64,000 nt of DNA from Spirochaetota bacterium. Its GTDB lineage: Bacteria > Spirochaetota > UBA4802 > UBA5550. Of the stretch, positions 39,330 through 49,697 are shown piece after piece. The notes below the pieces were generated by a model that made no database searches, was not told the DNA's origin, and saw only the letters and a program-made list of their open reading frames with translations. The DNA is taken from contig OY760686.1 of assembly GCA_963663865.1 (NCBI GenBank), positions 1,248,001-1,312,000 on the forward strand, given 5' to 3'. Position 1 is the first letter of the stretch. The number at the start of each line of letters is the position of its first letter. The translations under genes and the position numbers were made by a program.

Positions 39330-39992
39330 ATGAAAGGAATGAGAGGAATAGAAATATCAGTTGGTATTGTTTTCATAGCAGCAATGGCTATTCTTGGATA
39401 TTACACGATATTAATGGGGCAGGACCCGTTTGAGGGGAAAGAGCTCAGGGAGTTTCGTGTCCTTTTCAGCGATGTAGGCGGACTTTCTGTAAAAGACAGG
39501 GTTTTTGTTAAGGGTGTGCTGTCCGGCGAGGTGGAGGATATAGCCCTTCATGAAGGAGTGGTGGAGACTGTTTTGAAGGTTTACAGAGAGTTCCCTGTTT
39601 ATGAGAACTATGTCATAAGTATAGACACAAACGCTGTGCTGGGAGGCAAACAGATAAATATCGATCCCGGTACTAAAAAAAACAGCGATGGACGGCCGTT
39701 AAATGAGCTCCCTGACAGCTTTCAGTTTGAAGGCAGGCTCAACGATGTTATGCGGTCAATCGGTTCACTTATTGATGATAATCGCGCGAATATCAATGCA
39801 TCGATTTATAATCTCAGGATTTTTTCTGAAAAACTGAATACTGACAGGAGCACGCTTGGAAGACTGGTCGGGGATGACACGCTGATGAACGAGACGGAAG
39901 GCCTCGTTAAGGACCTCAGAGACACGATTGAAGATTCACGGGAACAGGCGCCCGTAACGAGCTTTATCAGGGCCGCCCTTACTGCCTTTTAG
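39330..39992 (+). CDS. mlaD: MCE/MlaD family protein
   Basis: N-terminal TM, F.DVGGL...V...GV..GEV, LGGKQINIDPG, short helical tail. Confidence 0.88.
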   Translation: MKGMRGIEISVGIVFIAAMAILGYYTILMGQDPFEGKELREFRVLFSDVGGLSVKDRVFVKGVLSGEVEDIALHEGVVETVLKVYREFPVYENYVISIDTNAVLGGKQINIDPGTKKNSDGRPLNELPDSFQFEGRLNDVMRSIGSLIDDNRANINASIYNLRIFSEKLNTDRSTLGRLVGDDTLMNETEGLVKDLRDTIEDSREQAPVTSFIRAALTAF

Positions 39993-40570
39993 ACGACGTT
40001 TTCAGGCTTAGCCATTTTGAGAATGAGCGATATGAGTTCTCTTGGTTCAATGTCTACGGGATCAATTGTTTCGAAGAGACCGGCACAGAGAAGTATAATC
40101 TGAACAAGCCTGCCCTTCAGGATGTCCTTGTCATCTTCAGCGCCATTTCCGGATTTAAGAATGTCCCCGCACATGTTAAGGTGGGTGCGGAGAAAGCTCC
40201 GAATTCTATCCATAATCTTTTCATCTTCAAATCCGTAGAGAATAATGTTGATGAACAGCCTTATGTTTTGTTTATGCAGCAGAAAGCGTTCTATGCCGAA
40301 CAAAGTCGAAATAAACGCCCGGTCGTCCGGATCGAGGCCTTTTGTGATGCCGACGCTGTCAACTTCAATCTGTTTAAAAAAGTCTTCAATGAGTTCAAAA
40401 AAAAGTTCTTCCTTCGTCGGGAAGTAATGTCTGAGTCCTCCCTTGGAAAAACCGGCTTCAACAGAGACGTCCTCAATTGATATTTGAGAGTACACTCTCC
40501 GCTCCAGAAGGCGCTTGAGGGCATTGATTATAATCTTCTTCTTTTCGATCAATTTCTGTTCTTTATTCAT
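39989..40570 (-). CDS. TetR/AcrR family transcriptional regulator
   Basis: HTH SIEDVSVEAGFSKGGLRHYFPTKEEL. Confidence 0.9.
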   Translation of the reverse strand: MNKEQKLIEKKKIIINALKRLLERRVYSQISIEDVSVEAGFSKGGLRHYFPTKEELFFELIEDFFKQIEVDSVGITKGLDPDDRAFISTLFGIERFLLHKQNIRLFINIILYGFEDEKIMDRIRSFLRTHLNMCGDILKSGNGAEDDKDILKGRLVQIILLCAGLFETIDPVDIEPRELISLILKMAKPENVV

Positions 40571-40934
40571 TAAGCTGCACCAGTTATCAGGTATTGTTGC
40601 TCTTTTAATAGTTAAACGCCAACATTATAGCCGTTAAGTCAAGCAATATAGGTTTTATTTCAGCAGAATCGCTTTCATATTCACCGATTGCTGCGTAATG
40701 CAAGGCTGCAGGCAGAGGCAATTCTTCCGGCTGATATGGCTTTCCGTGATATTGTACGAAGCTCAGTCAGCAAGAAAAAGTTACCTGTGTTGAATTGGCC
40801 TATATTATCCATAAGACAGCAATTCGGTTTTGCTTCTCGAAATAAAGGGGGCTTTGCTGCTTTTTAGGGGGCTTAAAGGATATTTTATTGACAAAAGAAC
40901 CGCCTGAAAATCACCTAACTTAAAACAGTTACAG

Positions 40935-40998
40935 CTCCGGCAGCGCTATCGAGAGCGGTTCGGGATGCCGGAGAAATGATTTTTTCCGGTTTTTTTTT
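40935..40998 (+). promoter_or_regulatory. Attenuator-like leader upstream of carB
   Basis: Hairpin CTCCGGCA/TGCCGGAG overlaps the terminator CCGGAGAAA-tga-TTTTTTCCGG followed by T9. Confidence 0.6.
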
Positions 40999-41067
40999 AC
41001 TGATTGTTATTGAAAATTGGGCCGGCATCTTTCATAATATCATAACGTAAATAAATCAGAGGTGACA

Positions 41068-44000
41068 ATGCCGAAGCGAGAGGACATAAAAAAAATACTT
41101 ATTATAGGTTCAGGGCCGATCGTAATCGGACAGGCATGCGAGTTTGACTATTCTGGCTCTCAGGCGTGTAAGTCACTTAAGGAAGAAGGGTACACGGTTG
41201 TTTTAATCAACTCCAATCCCGCCACCATAATGACCGATCCCGACCTTGCAGACAAGACCTATATTGAGCCCATCACTCCAGACGTAGTTGAAAAAATAAT
41301 TGAGATAGAAAGACCGGACGCTGTTTTGCCTACTGTTGGCGGCCAGACGGCGCTCAATGTTGCGATGAATCTTGCCGACATGGGAGTTTTCGACAAATAC
41401 GGCGTTGAGCTTATCGGCGCCAATATTAAATCAATCAAAAAGGCTGAGGACAGGGAGCTCTTTAAAAAGGCGATGATAGACATAGGCCTTTCAGTTCCGG
41501 AATCAGGACTTGCTTCTTCCATTGAGGAGGCTCTTGAGGTCCTTGAGCGAATCAAGCTTCCTCTGATAGTCAGGCCCGCGTTTACACTTGGAGGGACAGG
41601 CGGTAACATAATATACAACAAGGAAGACTTTGTTGAACTCGTGAAGAGGGGGCTTGATGAATCACCGATAAGTCAGGTTCTTCTTGAAGAGTCTGTTCTT
41701 GGATGGAAGGAATACGAGCTTGAGGTAATGCGTGACAGAAAAGACAATGTTGTAATAATCTGTTCGATAGAAAACCTCGACCCGATGGGTATACATACCG
41801 GTGATTCCATCACTGTCGCTCCGCAGCAGACATTGACCGACCGTGAATATCAGAACCTGCGCGATATGTCGATCAGAATAATAAGGGAAATCGGCGTAGA
41901 TACAGGCGGATCAAATATTCAGTTCGCGGTTAACCCGGCCGATGGACGCGTTATAGTTATTGAAATGAACCCGCGGGTGAGCAGAAGTTCGGCGCTTGCC
42001 TCCAAGGCGACAGGTTTCCCGATAGCAAAGATCGCGGCAAAGCTCGCTGTGGGGCTGACGCTTGATGAGATCAGAAATGACATTACGAGAGAAACGCCCG
42101 CATCGTTTGAACCGACGATTGACTATGTTGTAGTTAAAGCTCCCCGATGGGCTTTTGAGAAGTTCGAGGGCGCAAACACCACTCTCGGGACGCAGATGAA
42201 GTCGGTCGGAGAGGCAATGTCAATCGGGAGAACTTTTAAAGAATCCATGCAGAAAGCTCTCCGCTCTCTGGAGATTGACAGGTACGGCTTTGGGGCGGAT
42301 GGCAATCTTAAAATTGATGAGATGATAAACTCGCTTCCAGAGAGGCACCGTCAGGCAGTGATAGAGTCTGAACTTATTACGGCCCGTGAGGACAGAATAT
42401 TCTACATCAAGGCGGCTTTTTATCAGGGCTGGAGTGTCGAAAGGATACAGAAGCTAACTACGATTGACCCATGGTTTTTAAACCAGCTGTATGAGATATA
42501 TCAGGCCGAAAAGCTCTTTGTGAAAGAGGTTTCTGAACAGGGATATACCGCCGCTAATGTCAGAAAGATGAAGGAGCTCGGTTTTTCTGACAGGCAGCTC
42601 GGTTTTCTCGCTCACAGAGACAAGCTGACGGCATTGTACCGCAAGGGAACGCCTTATTACAAGGAGTATGTAAAAACCCTGAAGGAACATGAAAACGAGG
42701 TGAGGGCGTTCAGAAAGACAAATGACCTTATTCCAGGGTTCCGTCTGGTAGATACCTGTGCCGGAGAGTTTGAGGCTTACACGCCGTATTATTATTCTTC
42801 ATATGACGGTGACGACGAGGCTGCTCCGACAAATAGAAAAAAAATAATGATACTGGGCGGCGGTCCCAACAGAATCGGGCAGGGAATAGAGTTCGACTAC
42901 TGCTGCTGTCACGCTTCCTTCGCGCTGAGGGATGAGGGCGTTGAGTCAATAATGGTTAATTCTAACCCTGAGACCGTCTCAACTGACTATGATACCTCTG
43001 ACAGGCTGTATTTTGAGCCTCTTACCCTTGAGGATATTCTGCATATATATGAAAATGAAAAACCTGACGGAGTTATCGTTCAGTTCGGAGGGCAAACCCC
43101 TCTACGTCTTGCCAGGCTTCTTGAGGATAATGGCGTTAAGATAATCGGGACTCCCCCTGATGCCATTGACCGTGCTGAAGACCGCGAGCGTTTCGCGGAG
43201 GTTGTAGAGAAACTCAACCTGCTGCAACCTGAGAATGGAATTGCCTTCAATCAGGACGACGCGATAGCTATTGCCGGAAAGATAGGTTATCCTGTTCTGG
43301 TCAGGCCCTCCTATGTTCTGGGCGGCCGGGCTATGGCAATAATCTATGATGAATCAAGCCTTGTTAACTATATTAAAACGGCGGTCGACCTTTCACCGGA
43401 ACACCCGATTCTGGTAGACGATTTCATTGAAGATGCTGTAGAGGTTGATGTCGATGCTGTAAGCGACGGCAGGGACGTCTATATCGGCGCCATCATGGAA
43501 CACGTTGAAGAGGCCGGTGTCCACTCCGGTGACTCGGCATGCATTATCCCCCCCATGTCAATAACTGACGAGATGAAAGAGAGCATAAAGAAGACCACCG
43601 AGGCTCTTGCCATTGAACTCGGAGTTATCGGTCTTCTGAATATCCAGTACGCGATCAAGGACAACAGGCTTTATGTTATCGAGGTTAATCCGAGAGCTTC
43701 AAGGACAGTTCCCTTTGTTTCAAAAACGACCGGCGTCCCCCTCGCGAAGGTTGCCGTAAGGGTCATGCTTGGTAAAACACTCAAGGAAATCGGCCACACC
43801 GAGATGAAAACATTCCCGTACATCAGCGTGAAGGAGGCCGTCCTGCCGTTCAATAAGTTTCCCGGAGTTGACACGCTTCTTTCTCCTGAAATGAAGTCAA
43901 CCGGCGAAGTTATGGGGATTTCAGACGAGTTCGGCGAGTCCTTCTACAAGGCTGAGCTGGCGGCGGGCGACAGGCTGCCGGTGAGCGGATGCGTTTTTCT

Positions 44001-44391
44001 GAGCATTAACCGCAAGTCGAAAGACATGCTGCTTCCCGAGGTGAAAAGCCTGCACGAAGCCGGCTTCAGACTTGTGGGAACCGAGGGCACGGCTGAGTTC
44101 TACACTGAAAACGGTATTCCAGTTGACAGGGTCTACAAGGTCAGCGAAGGGCGGCCCAATGTTGTAGATATGATAAAAAATGAGGAAATCAGCCTCATAA
44201 TCAATACTCCTGAAGGGAAGTTGTCCAAAGATGATGCCTTTTCTATCAGACAGGCCGCTGTCAGGTATCATATTCCAATAATGACCACAATACCGGCGGC
44301 CAGGGCGGCAATTAACGGAATACTGACAGTAAGAAGGAAAAAGGTGCTTTCGGTAAAACCGATTCAGGAGTATCACAAAGAGGTCAGATGA
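41068..44391 (+). CDS. carB: Carbamoyl-phosphate synthase large subunit
   Basis: [30 protein letters not shown], duplicated ATP-grasp domains, C-terminal MGS domain. Confidence 0.98.
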   Translation: MPKREDIKKILIIGSGPIVIGQACEFDYSGSQACKSLKEEGYTVVLINSNPATIMTDPDLADKTYIEPITPDVVEKIIEIERPDAVLPTVGGQTALNVAMNLADMGVFDKYGVELIGANIKSIKKAEDRELFKKAMIDIGLSVPESGLASSIEEALEVLERIKLPLIVRPAFTLGGTGGNIIYNKEDFVELVKRGLDESPISQVLLEESVLGWKEYELEVMRDRKDNVVIICSIENLDPMGIHTGDSITVAPQQTLTDREYQNLRDMSIRIIREIGVDTGGSNIQFAVNPADGRVIVIEMNPRVSRSSALASKATGFPIAKIAAKLAVGLTLDEIRNDITRETPASFEPTIDYVVVKAPRWAFEKFEGANTTLGTQMKSVGEAMSIGRTFKESMQKALRSLEIDRYGFGADGNLKIDEMINSLPERHRQAVIESELITAREDRIFYIKAAFYQGWSVERIQKLTTIDPWFLNQLYEIYQAEKLFVKEVSEQGYTAANVRKMKELGFSDRQLGFLAHRDKLTALYRKGTPYYKEYVKTLKEHENEVRAFRKTNDLIPGFRLVDTCAGEFEAYTPYYYSSYDGDDEAAPTNRKKIMILGGGPNRIGQGIEFDYCCCHASFALRDEGVESIMVNSNPETVSTDYDTSDRLYFEPLTLEDILHIYENEKPDGVIVQFGGQTPLRLARLLEDNGVKIIGTPPDAIDRAEDRERFAEVVEKLNLLQPENGIAFNQDDAIAIAGKIGYPVLVRPSYVLGGRAMAIIYDESSLVNYIKTAVDLSPEHPILVDDFIEDAVEVDVDAVSDGRDVYIGAIMEHVEEAGVHSGDSACIIPPMSITDEMKESIKKTTEALAIELGVIGLLNIQYAIKDNRLYVIEVNPRASRTVPFVSKTTGVPLAKVAVRVMLGKTLKEIGHTEMKTFPYISVKEAVLPFNKFPGVDTLLSPEMKSTGEVMGISDEFGESFYKAELAAGDRLPVSGCVFLSINRKSKDMLLPEVKSLHEAGFRLVGTEGTAEFYTENGIPVDRVYKVSEGRPNVVDMIKNEEISLIINTPEGKLSKDDAFSIRQAAVRYHIPIMTTIPAARAAINGILTVRRKKVLSVKPIQEYHKEVR

Positions 44392-44392
44392 T

Positions 44393-44929
44393 ATGCCGGA
44401 AAAGCTGATTCTTAACAGCAGTGAAATTGATGAAACAATTGAAAACCTCGGCAGAGCGGTGTATGACGGTATTGACGATATTGAACGCTTTGCCGTTGTG
44501 GGTATTCAGTCGAGCGGTATTGAACTCGCCGACCGTATTCGCGCGTGTGTTGAGAAAGCATCCGGCAGGGACGTTAAACACGGGATTCTTGATATTACCT
44601 TCTATCGTGATGATCTGGCGACAAGAGGAGTGCTTCCCGTAATCAGGGAAACGCTTATTGATTTCAATATCAACAAGATGACAATTCTTCTTGTCGATGA
44701 TGTTCTTTTTACAGGAAGGACTACTAAAGCCGCAATAGAAACACTCATGAGCTTCGGCAGGCCCGGTGCCATTAAGCTCCTCTGTCTTGTAGACAGAGGC
44801 AACCGTGAGCTGCCCATTCAGCCTGACTTCTGCGGAAAGCGTATTGAGACCTCTATTAAGGATCAGGTGTCGGTATTTCTCAAACCGGGCGGTTCTGGAG
44901 AGGACAGGGTTGAACTAATTGAGGGATGA
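44393..44929 (+). CDS. pyrR: Bifunctional pyr regulator / uracil phosphoribosyltransferase
   Basis: LDITFYRDD, LVDDVLFTGRT, LVDRGNRELPIQPDF. Confidence 0.93.
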   Translation: MPEKLILNSSEIDETIENLGRAVYDGIDDIERFAVVGIQSSGIELADRIRACVEKASGRDVKHGILDITFYRDDLATRGVLPVIRETLIDFNINKMTILLVDDVLFTGRTTKAAIETLMSFGRPGAIKLLCLVDRGNRELPIQPDFCGKRIETSIKDQVSVFLKPGGSGEDRVELIEG

Positions 44930-44974
44930 ATCCGGAATCTGCAGCCAGCTGAGTATATCCCGAAAGGAAATTAA

Positions 44975-45901
44975 ATGAAAGATATTGTAATCATAGGCGG
45001 AGGCCCGGCCGGGCTTACCGCGTCTATTTATGCGGTGAGGGCGGGGCTGTCGGCTGTTCTTGTAGAAATGTACTCGCCCGGTGGTCAGGTCATGAAAACG
45101 TTTGAGGTAGAAAACTATCCGGGGTTCGAGAAGCCTGTAGCGGGATGGGAGCTCATGTCGGCTATGGAGGCACAGGCCAGGCGTCTTGAGGCCGATATAA
45201 CTTCAGCCTCTGTTTCATCCCTGTTGAAAGACGATGAAACAAATCTTTTCACAGTTAAATTTTCGGATGGTACCGAAGTAAGGTCAAAAACCGTGATTGC
45301 CGCTCCCGGTGCGTCGCTCAAAAAGCTCGGGATCGAAGGGGAAGAGCGCCTGACAGGCAGAGGAGTTTCATACTGCGCAACATGTGACGGCGCATTTTTT
45401 AAAAACAGAATAACCGCTGTTGTCGGCGGCGGTGACACCGCGCTTGAAGAGGCCCTTTTTCTGACGGGTTTTTCTTCCAGGGTTTATCTCATTCACCGGC
45501 GCGAAAGCTTTCGTGGAGCGGATATTCTTCAGAAGAGGGTCTTCGCCTCTGAGAAGATTGTCCCGGTTTATAACTCAAAGCCGGTCGAGGTGAAGGGAGT
45601 GGATAGTGTCGAGGGTCTTGTTCTTGAAAATACAGTGAGCGGTGAGAGGTCAGAGCTTAATATTGACGGTGTCTTTATCTTCATCGGATATCAGCCCAAT
45701 TCATCCTTTTTGCCTTATGAAATCTTAAATGATAAGGGTGAGGTGATTGTCGACAGCGGGATGCGAACCAGCGTGGACGGGCTTTTCGCGGCGGGGGATG
45801 TGCGGTCCGAATCAAAGAGGCAGATCGTTACTGCCGCAGCTGATGGGGCAACCGCTGCCTTAAACGCTTATGACTATATTCAATGCCATGACTTCTGTTA
45901 A
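44975..45901 (+). CDS. trxB: Thioredoxin-disulfide reductase
   Basis: GGGPAG, VENYPG, GVSYCATCDG, GGGDTALEEA, FAAGD. Confidence 0.96.
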   Translation: MKDIVIIGGGPAGLTASIYAVRAGLSAVLVEMYSPGGQVMKTFEVENYPGFEKPVAGWELMSAMEAQARRLEADITSASVSSLLKDDETNLFTVKFSDGTEVRSKTVIAAPGASLKKLGIEGEERLTGRGVSYCATCDGAFFKNRITAVVGGGDTALEEALFLTGFSSRVYLIHRRESFRGADILQKRVFASEKIVPVYNSKPVEVKGVDSVEGLVLENTVSGERSELNIDGVFIFIGYQPNSSFLPYEILNDKGEVIVDSGMRTSVDGLFAAGDVRSESKRQIVTAAADGATAALNAYDYIQCHDFC

Positions 45902-46179
45902 AATGTGTTCTCCATGTCAGGGCCCTGGCTGAAGAACAGGCACTAATAGTACGCAAAAAAAGAACAAACTTTTGAATAAGGCTTTACATTATATGTGAAT
46001 CCCGCCTATAAGTTGTAAATATAAAAATTAGCACACTGAAAATAAGTCCCGCCTTCTGCGGGACGCCTTTCTGATAGGCCTGCTCCTGTGAGTAAGCGGG
46101 CAGGCGCTGAATCGTTTTTTCAGAGCTGTTTATCGATTGGACGGCAAGTGCTGATAATAATTAAATAACGGGGGATTTT

Positions 46180-46773
46180 ATGGAAGAAAAAATCAGAAAA
46201 GTTACGGACAAGGTTCTCATTCTGAAGCCGTTCATTGCGTTACTTGCGCAGGGACGTATCATCAAGCTTGTTTTTGCATGGTTTTTGAGAATAGCCGCTG
46301 CTGTGTTTATTCTTGGTTTTCTGTACAGGTGGGCCTTTGCCTGGGAAATGGTATTTAAAATGTCCGGCGCTCTTGTGCTTGTCCTTTCCATTCTTATGCT
46401 TCTTTCGCTTGTGTTCGTATATGCAATCATAAACATGGTTCTTATCAAGGCTGATGCAATTATTGATTTGCCAGAATCAAAAGATTATATTGTGATTCCT
46501 GTTTCTGTCATTATTACACGCCTTGCGGGTGAGATAGCTCTGTGCGTGAGTATATTCGCTGGCATCGCCGGCTTCCTTGTTTCCCTTACACAGCAGGGCG
46601 GAATGGTCCTGAGGATGATCCCATTCTTCGACGGTTCTGGAGTTCAGGCAGGCCTTACTGGTCTGGCTGCGGCCCTTGTTTTCGGATTTGTATTTTTGTT
46701 CCTCTCATATCTTGTTGCTGAGCAGATCGGTGTTTTTGCTGATATCGCCAGAAACACAAAGAGAAACTCTTAA
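46180..46773 (+). CDS. Hypothetical multi-pass membrane protein
   Basis: Several long hydrophobic segments; C-terminal VFADIARNT; GGGGG RBS. Confidence 0.7.
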   Translation: MEEKIRKVTDKVLILKPFIALLAQGRIIKLVFAWFLRIAAAVFILGFLYRWAFAWEMVFKMSGALVLVLSILMLLSLVFVYAIINMVLIKADAIIDLPESKDYIVIPVSVIITRLAGEIALCVSIFAGIAGFLVSLTQQGGMVLRMIPFFDGSGVQAGLTGLAAALVFGFVFLFLSYLVAEQIGVFADIARNTKRNS

Positions 46774-46796
46774 TAAATTAAAATCGAAGGGAAAAG

Positions 46797-47252
46797 ATGA
46801 ATACTATTACAAAAAAAACAGCCTGCCTGCTCTTGGGAGCGTTTATTGCGGTTTTGGCGGGCTGCTCTAAAGAGAAGTATCCCGATGTCAGAAAGTATGT
46901 TGATGAGGTCATTGAGTATCAGAACTGGTATGCCGGAGAGCTTGAAAAGGCCAAGGATGCCGGCGAGGTTGCCTCTCTTATCGACAAATACAGCGACCGC
47001 ATGCTTGAATTCGCTGTCAAAGGCAAGGAGCTGAACAATAAGTACCCTGAAATGAAAGACGACGATAAGCTCCCGGAAGAGCTTAAAAAGCAGATGGACA
47101 GGCTTGAAAAGACCGCTGAAGAGCTTTCGGTGAGAATGATGAATTCCCTCAGCAAGTACATGGCTGATCCGAAGGTCCTTCAGGCAAATATCAGAATGGC
47201 AGAGAAATTCAGAAAGGCCAGTGAAACAGAAACTGATGAGGAAGAGAAGTAA
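46797..47252 (+). CDS. Hypothetical helical lipoprotein
   Basis: Canonical lipobox LAGC; charged helical body. Confidence 0.8.
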   Translation: MNTITKKTACLLLGAFIAVLAGCSKEKYPDVRKYVDEVIEYQNWYAGELEKAKDAGEVASLIDKYSDRMLEFAVKGKELNNKYPEMKDDDKLPEELKKQMDRLEKTAEELSVRMMNSLSKYMADPKVLQANIRMAEKFRKASETETDEEEK

Positions 47253-47257
47253 TAGAG

Positions 47258-48052
47258 TCAGAAAGAAGCGGAAAACCACTCTTCTATCTCTTTCCAGATA
47301 ATTGAGCGGAGCTCTTTCAGCCTGATCTCATCAACTTTCAGGTATTCGTAGCTGAAAAACTCTTCATTGAGAAAGAGACATTTTGAGACTGATATTTTAA
47401 GATACGGAATTCCGGCCTTCAGGCATTTTGCTGCGATTATGCCTGAAGCCGGAACCGTTCTCGTTCCATTATCTTTTACTATGCTGCTTCCCCTTGACTC
47501 GAGCGCGTCAGAGAGTCTGCCTCTTAAAAAACCAGCTTTCTCTGGTATTATTGTTTCAACTTTGCCGTCAGTTGTTTCTACGATGCCGCTTACGGAAACG
47601 ATGGGGCGCGGCTTTCCCGCGTCATCAAGCGTGGCAGGGGCAACAGCGTCAACTGTGTGGCAGTCGATTACCAGCTTTATCTCACCTGACTTTAAGATCT
47701 TCGAGAGAGCGTCGTGAAATGGAACATAATATCTTTCAATTAGCGCTGATATAGCGAGTTCGTCAGGATAGTATCCTGACGCGTAGATCGGTCTGCCTGA
47801 CAGGGATTTTATCCTCATAATTCCGTTGTCGCGCGATCTAACAGACTTTATGCTCCGGTCAATATCAAGTATTAGACGGTTAATACGCGATTTCAGAATG
47901 GCCGCTGTATCGGGAAAGTCAAAAATGTTTTCAGCGCATGTGTCCGTGCCTGTAAACAGTTCGAAGTCCGAGAGAGCGATATATTCTGCCAACTCTTCAG
48001 GTATCGAATACGAGCAGTGCGGTAATGTTATCAAAATTGGATATCGTCCCAT
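47258..48052 (-). CDS. N-formylglutamate amidohydrolase family protein
   Basis: PILITLPH, RLILDIDR, YYVPFHDAL, VIDCHT. Confidence 0.8.
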   Translation of the reverse strand: MGRYPILITLPHCSYSIPEELAEYIALSDFELFTGTDTCAENIFDFPDTAAILKSRINRLILDIDRSIKSVRSRDNGIMRIKSLSGRPIYASGYYPDELAISALIERYYVPFHDALSKILKSGEIKLVIDCHTVDAVAPATLDDAGKPRPIVSVSGIVETTDGKVETIIPEKAGFLRGRLSDALESRGSSIVKDNGTRTVPASGIIAAKCLKAGIPYLKISVSKCLFLNEEFFSYEYLKVDEIRLKELRSIIWKEIEEWFSASF

Positions 48053-48342
48053 CAGTATTTATGAGGATGTTTCATTAATCTCAATGTCAACAAATAATCA
48101 AACCAACTGGATACTCATGATATCAACTTTTAAAAATTTGGATGTTGCGGCAGAGCGAAAGCAGAAAGGGAAGAAAAGCTTATTTTTAAAGACAGATTTC
48201 CCGCTGTGAGTTAAAAAACGATTGAATCTTTAGCTTGATACTATTTTAATGATAATTAAGGAAGCTGCTAAGTCCAATGATTAATAAAGGCGTATCTTGC
48301 AGCTTTCAGCATTTGAAAAAATTCAAACAAGAAAGAAATGAC

Positions 48343-48984
48343 ATGAAAAAAGCTAAAGCGTTCTTATTCGATTTTGACGGCACTCTGGTTGACACGATGG
48401 AGGGGTTTGCGGATATAGCCGGCCGTATAATAAGCAAATTTCATCCTGAAGAAAGCTTTGAGGCCGCGAGGGAAAGATATTTACAGACCTCAGGGGTTCC
48501 GTTCCATCAGCAGCTTGAGATAATCTTCCCGGGTGAGCCCACTAATACTGAAAAGGCCGCTCTCTTTGAAGAAATGAAGAAAGAGGGCTTTTTTGCCAGC
48601 AGTTTCAGCGATGAGGTCAGAGAAGCCATTAATGGTTTAAGGGAAAGAGGATTTCTGGCCGGTGTTTCTTCGAATAACTTTCAGGAGCTCATCGACCGCT
48701 TTGTCTCTACCGGGGGGCTTGAGTTTGATATCGTTCTCGGATACAGGCACGGGTTTGAAAAGGGGAAGGACCACTTTGACTATATAATGGAAAAATTCTC
48801 ACTCGACAGAGAGGAGCTTGTTTTCGTTGGAGATTCAATCAAGGACGCCGAGAAGGCCATTAATAACGGAGTCCGTTTTATAGGGCTCTGTGGAACGTTT
48901 ACCGATGCAGATTTTCAGAAAGTCCGCAGCGGACTTCAAACAATTCAATCAATCAGGGAGCTTTTAACTTTATGCGATCAGTGA
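48343..48984 (+). CDS. HAD superfamily phosphatase
   Basis: Motif I FDFDGTLVD, motif II SSN, motif III K, motif IV VGDSIKD. Confidence 0.9.
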   Translation: MKKAKAFLFDFDGTLVDTMEGFADIAGRIISKFHPEESFEAARERYLQTSGVPFHQQLEIIFPGEPTNTEKAALFEEMKKEGFFASSFSDEVREAINGLRERGFLAGVSSNNFQELIDRFVSTGGLEFDIVLGYRHGFEKGKDHFDYIMEKFSLDREELVFVGDSIKDAEKAINNGVRFIGLCGTFTDADFQKVRSGLQTIQSIRELLTLCDQ

Positions 48985-49697
48985 TACTTGCGGCCGGAAC
49001 AGGGACAAGACTTGGCGGAACAAATACAAAGGCGCTTGTCGAAGTAAACGGCAGAAAGATGATAGACTATCTCTTCGATTTTATCGATGTTTCCACATTT
49101 GAAGAGGTGCTTGTTGTAGGCGGTTTTCATTATGGTGAGCTTCAGGATTATATAGATTCACTGGGGTATCAGAATGTGAGGGTCCTTGAAAATCCGGATT
49201 ATCTGAAGGGAAACATATTTACGCTGATGAGGGCATTGAAGGAGTTCAATTCAGGTTCTTTTCTGATAACAAATGTGGATCACATTTATCCCAGAGTCAT
49301 GTTCGAGAAGATGAAAAAGTCGTTCAGCGGGATAACAGCAATGTGCGATTTTGACAGAAACCTTGGCCTTGACGATATGAAAGTCCTTCTTCGTGAAGAT
49401 GATACTCACATTGAAGCAATCGACAAAAAGCTCACCAACTACAATTGCGGCTATATCGGAATGACTTATGTGGATGGAGCCATGAACGATGTGTACAGAA
49501 GCGCTGCGGATGAAACTGTGAATAAAGTGGGTGAGAAGGCGGTTGTTGAGAATATTCTGCAGACGCTGGCAGCTAATCCGGAAACGGCCCCGAAGATATG
49601 CGATCTTTCCGGATTCGGGTGGTACGAGGTAGATGACGCTACTGATTTAGCCAGAGCTGAGAAGGGGCTTCTTACTGATAAAAACTTCACCAGATGA
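48972..49697 (+). CDS. Nucleotidyltransferase, IPCT/LicC-like
   Basis: ILAAGTGTRLGG..K.LV, KGN, DHIY, WYEVDDATDL; overlaps the HAD gene. Confidence 0.82.
   Translation: MRSVILAAGTGTRLGGTNTKALVEVNGRKMIDYLFDFIDVSTFEEVLVVGGFHYGELQDYIDSLGYQNVRVLENPDYLKGNIFTLMRALKEFNSGSFLITNVDHIYPRVMFEKMKKSFSGITAMCDFDRNLGLDDMKVLLREDDTHIEAIDKKLTNYNCGYIGMTYVDGAMNDVYRSAADETVNKVGEKAVVENILQTLAANPETAPKICDLSGFGWYEVDDATDLARAEKGLLTDKNFTR

Noticed and set aside
40965-40979. Mini-ORF MPEK in the carB leader, matching the first four residues of PyrR
   Set aside because: Four codons with no convincing RBS; probably coincidental.
46770-47279. 169-aa hydrophobic minus-strand ORF
   Set aside because: Antisense to a Lys/Glu-rich lipoprotein with a clear LAGC lipobox; the hydrophobicity is the expected mirror of A-rich codons.
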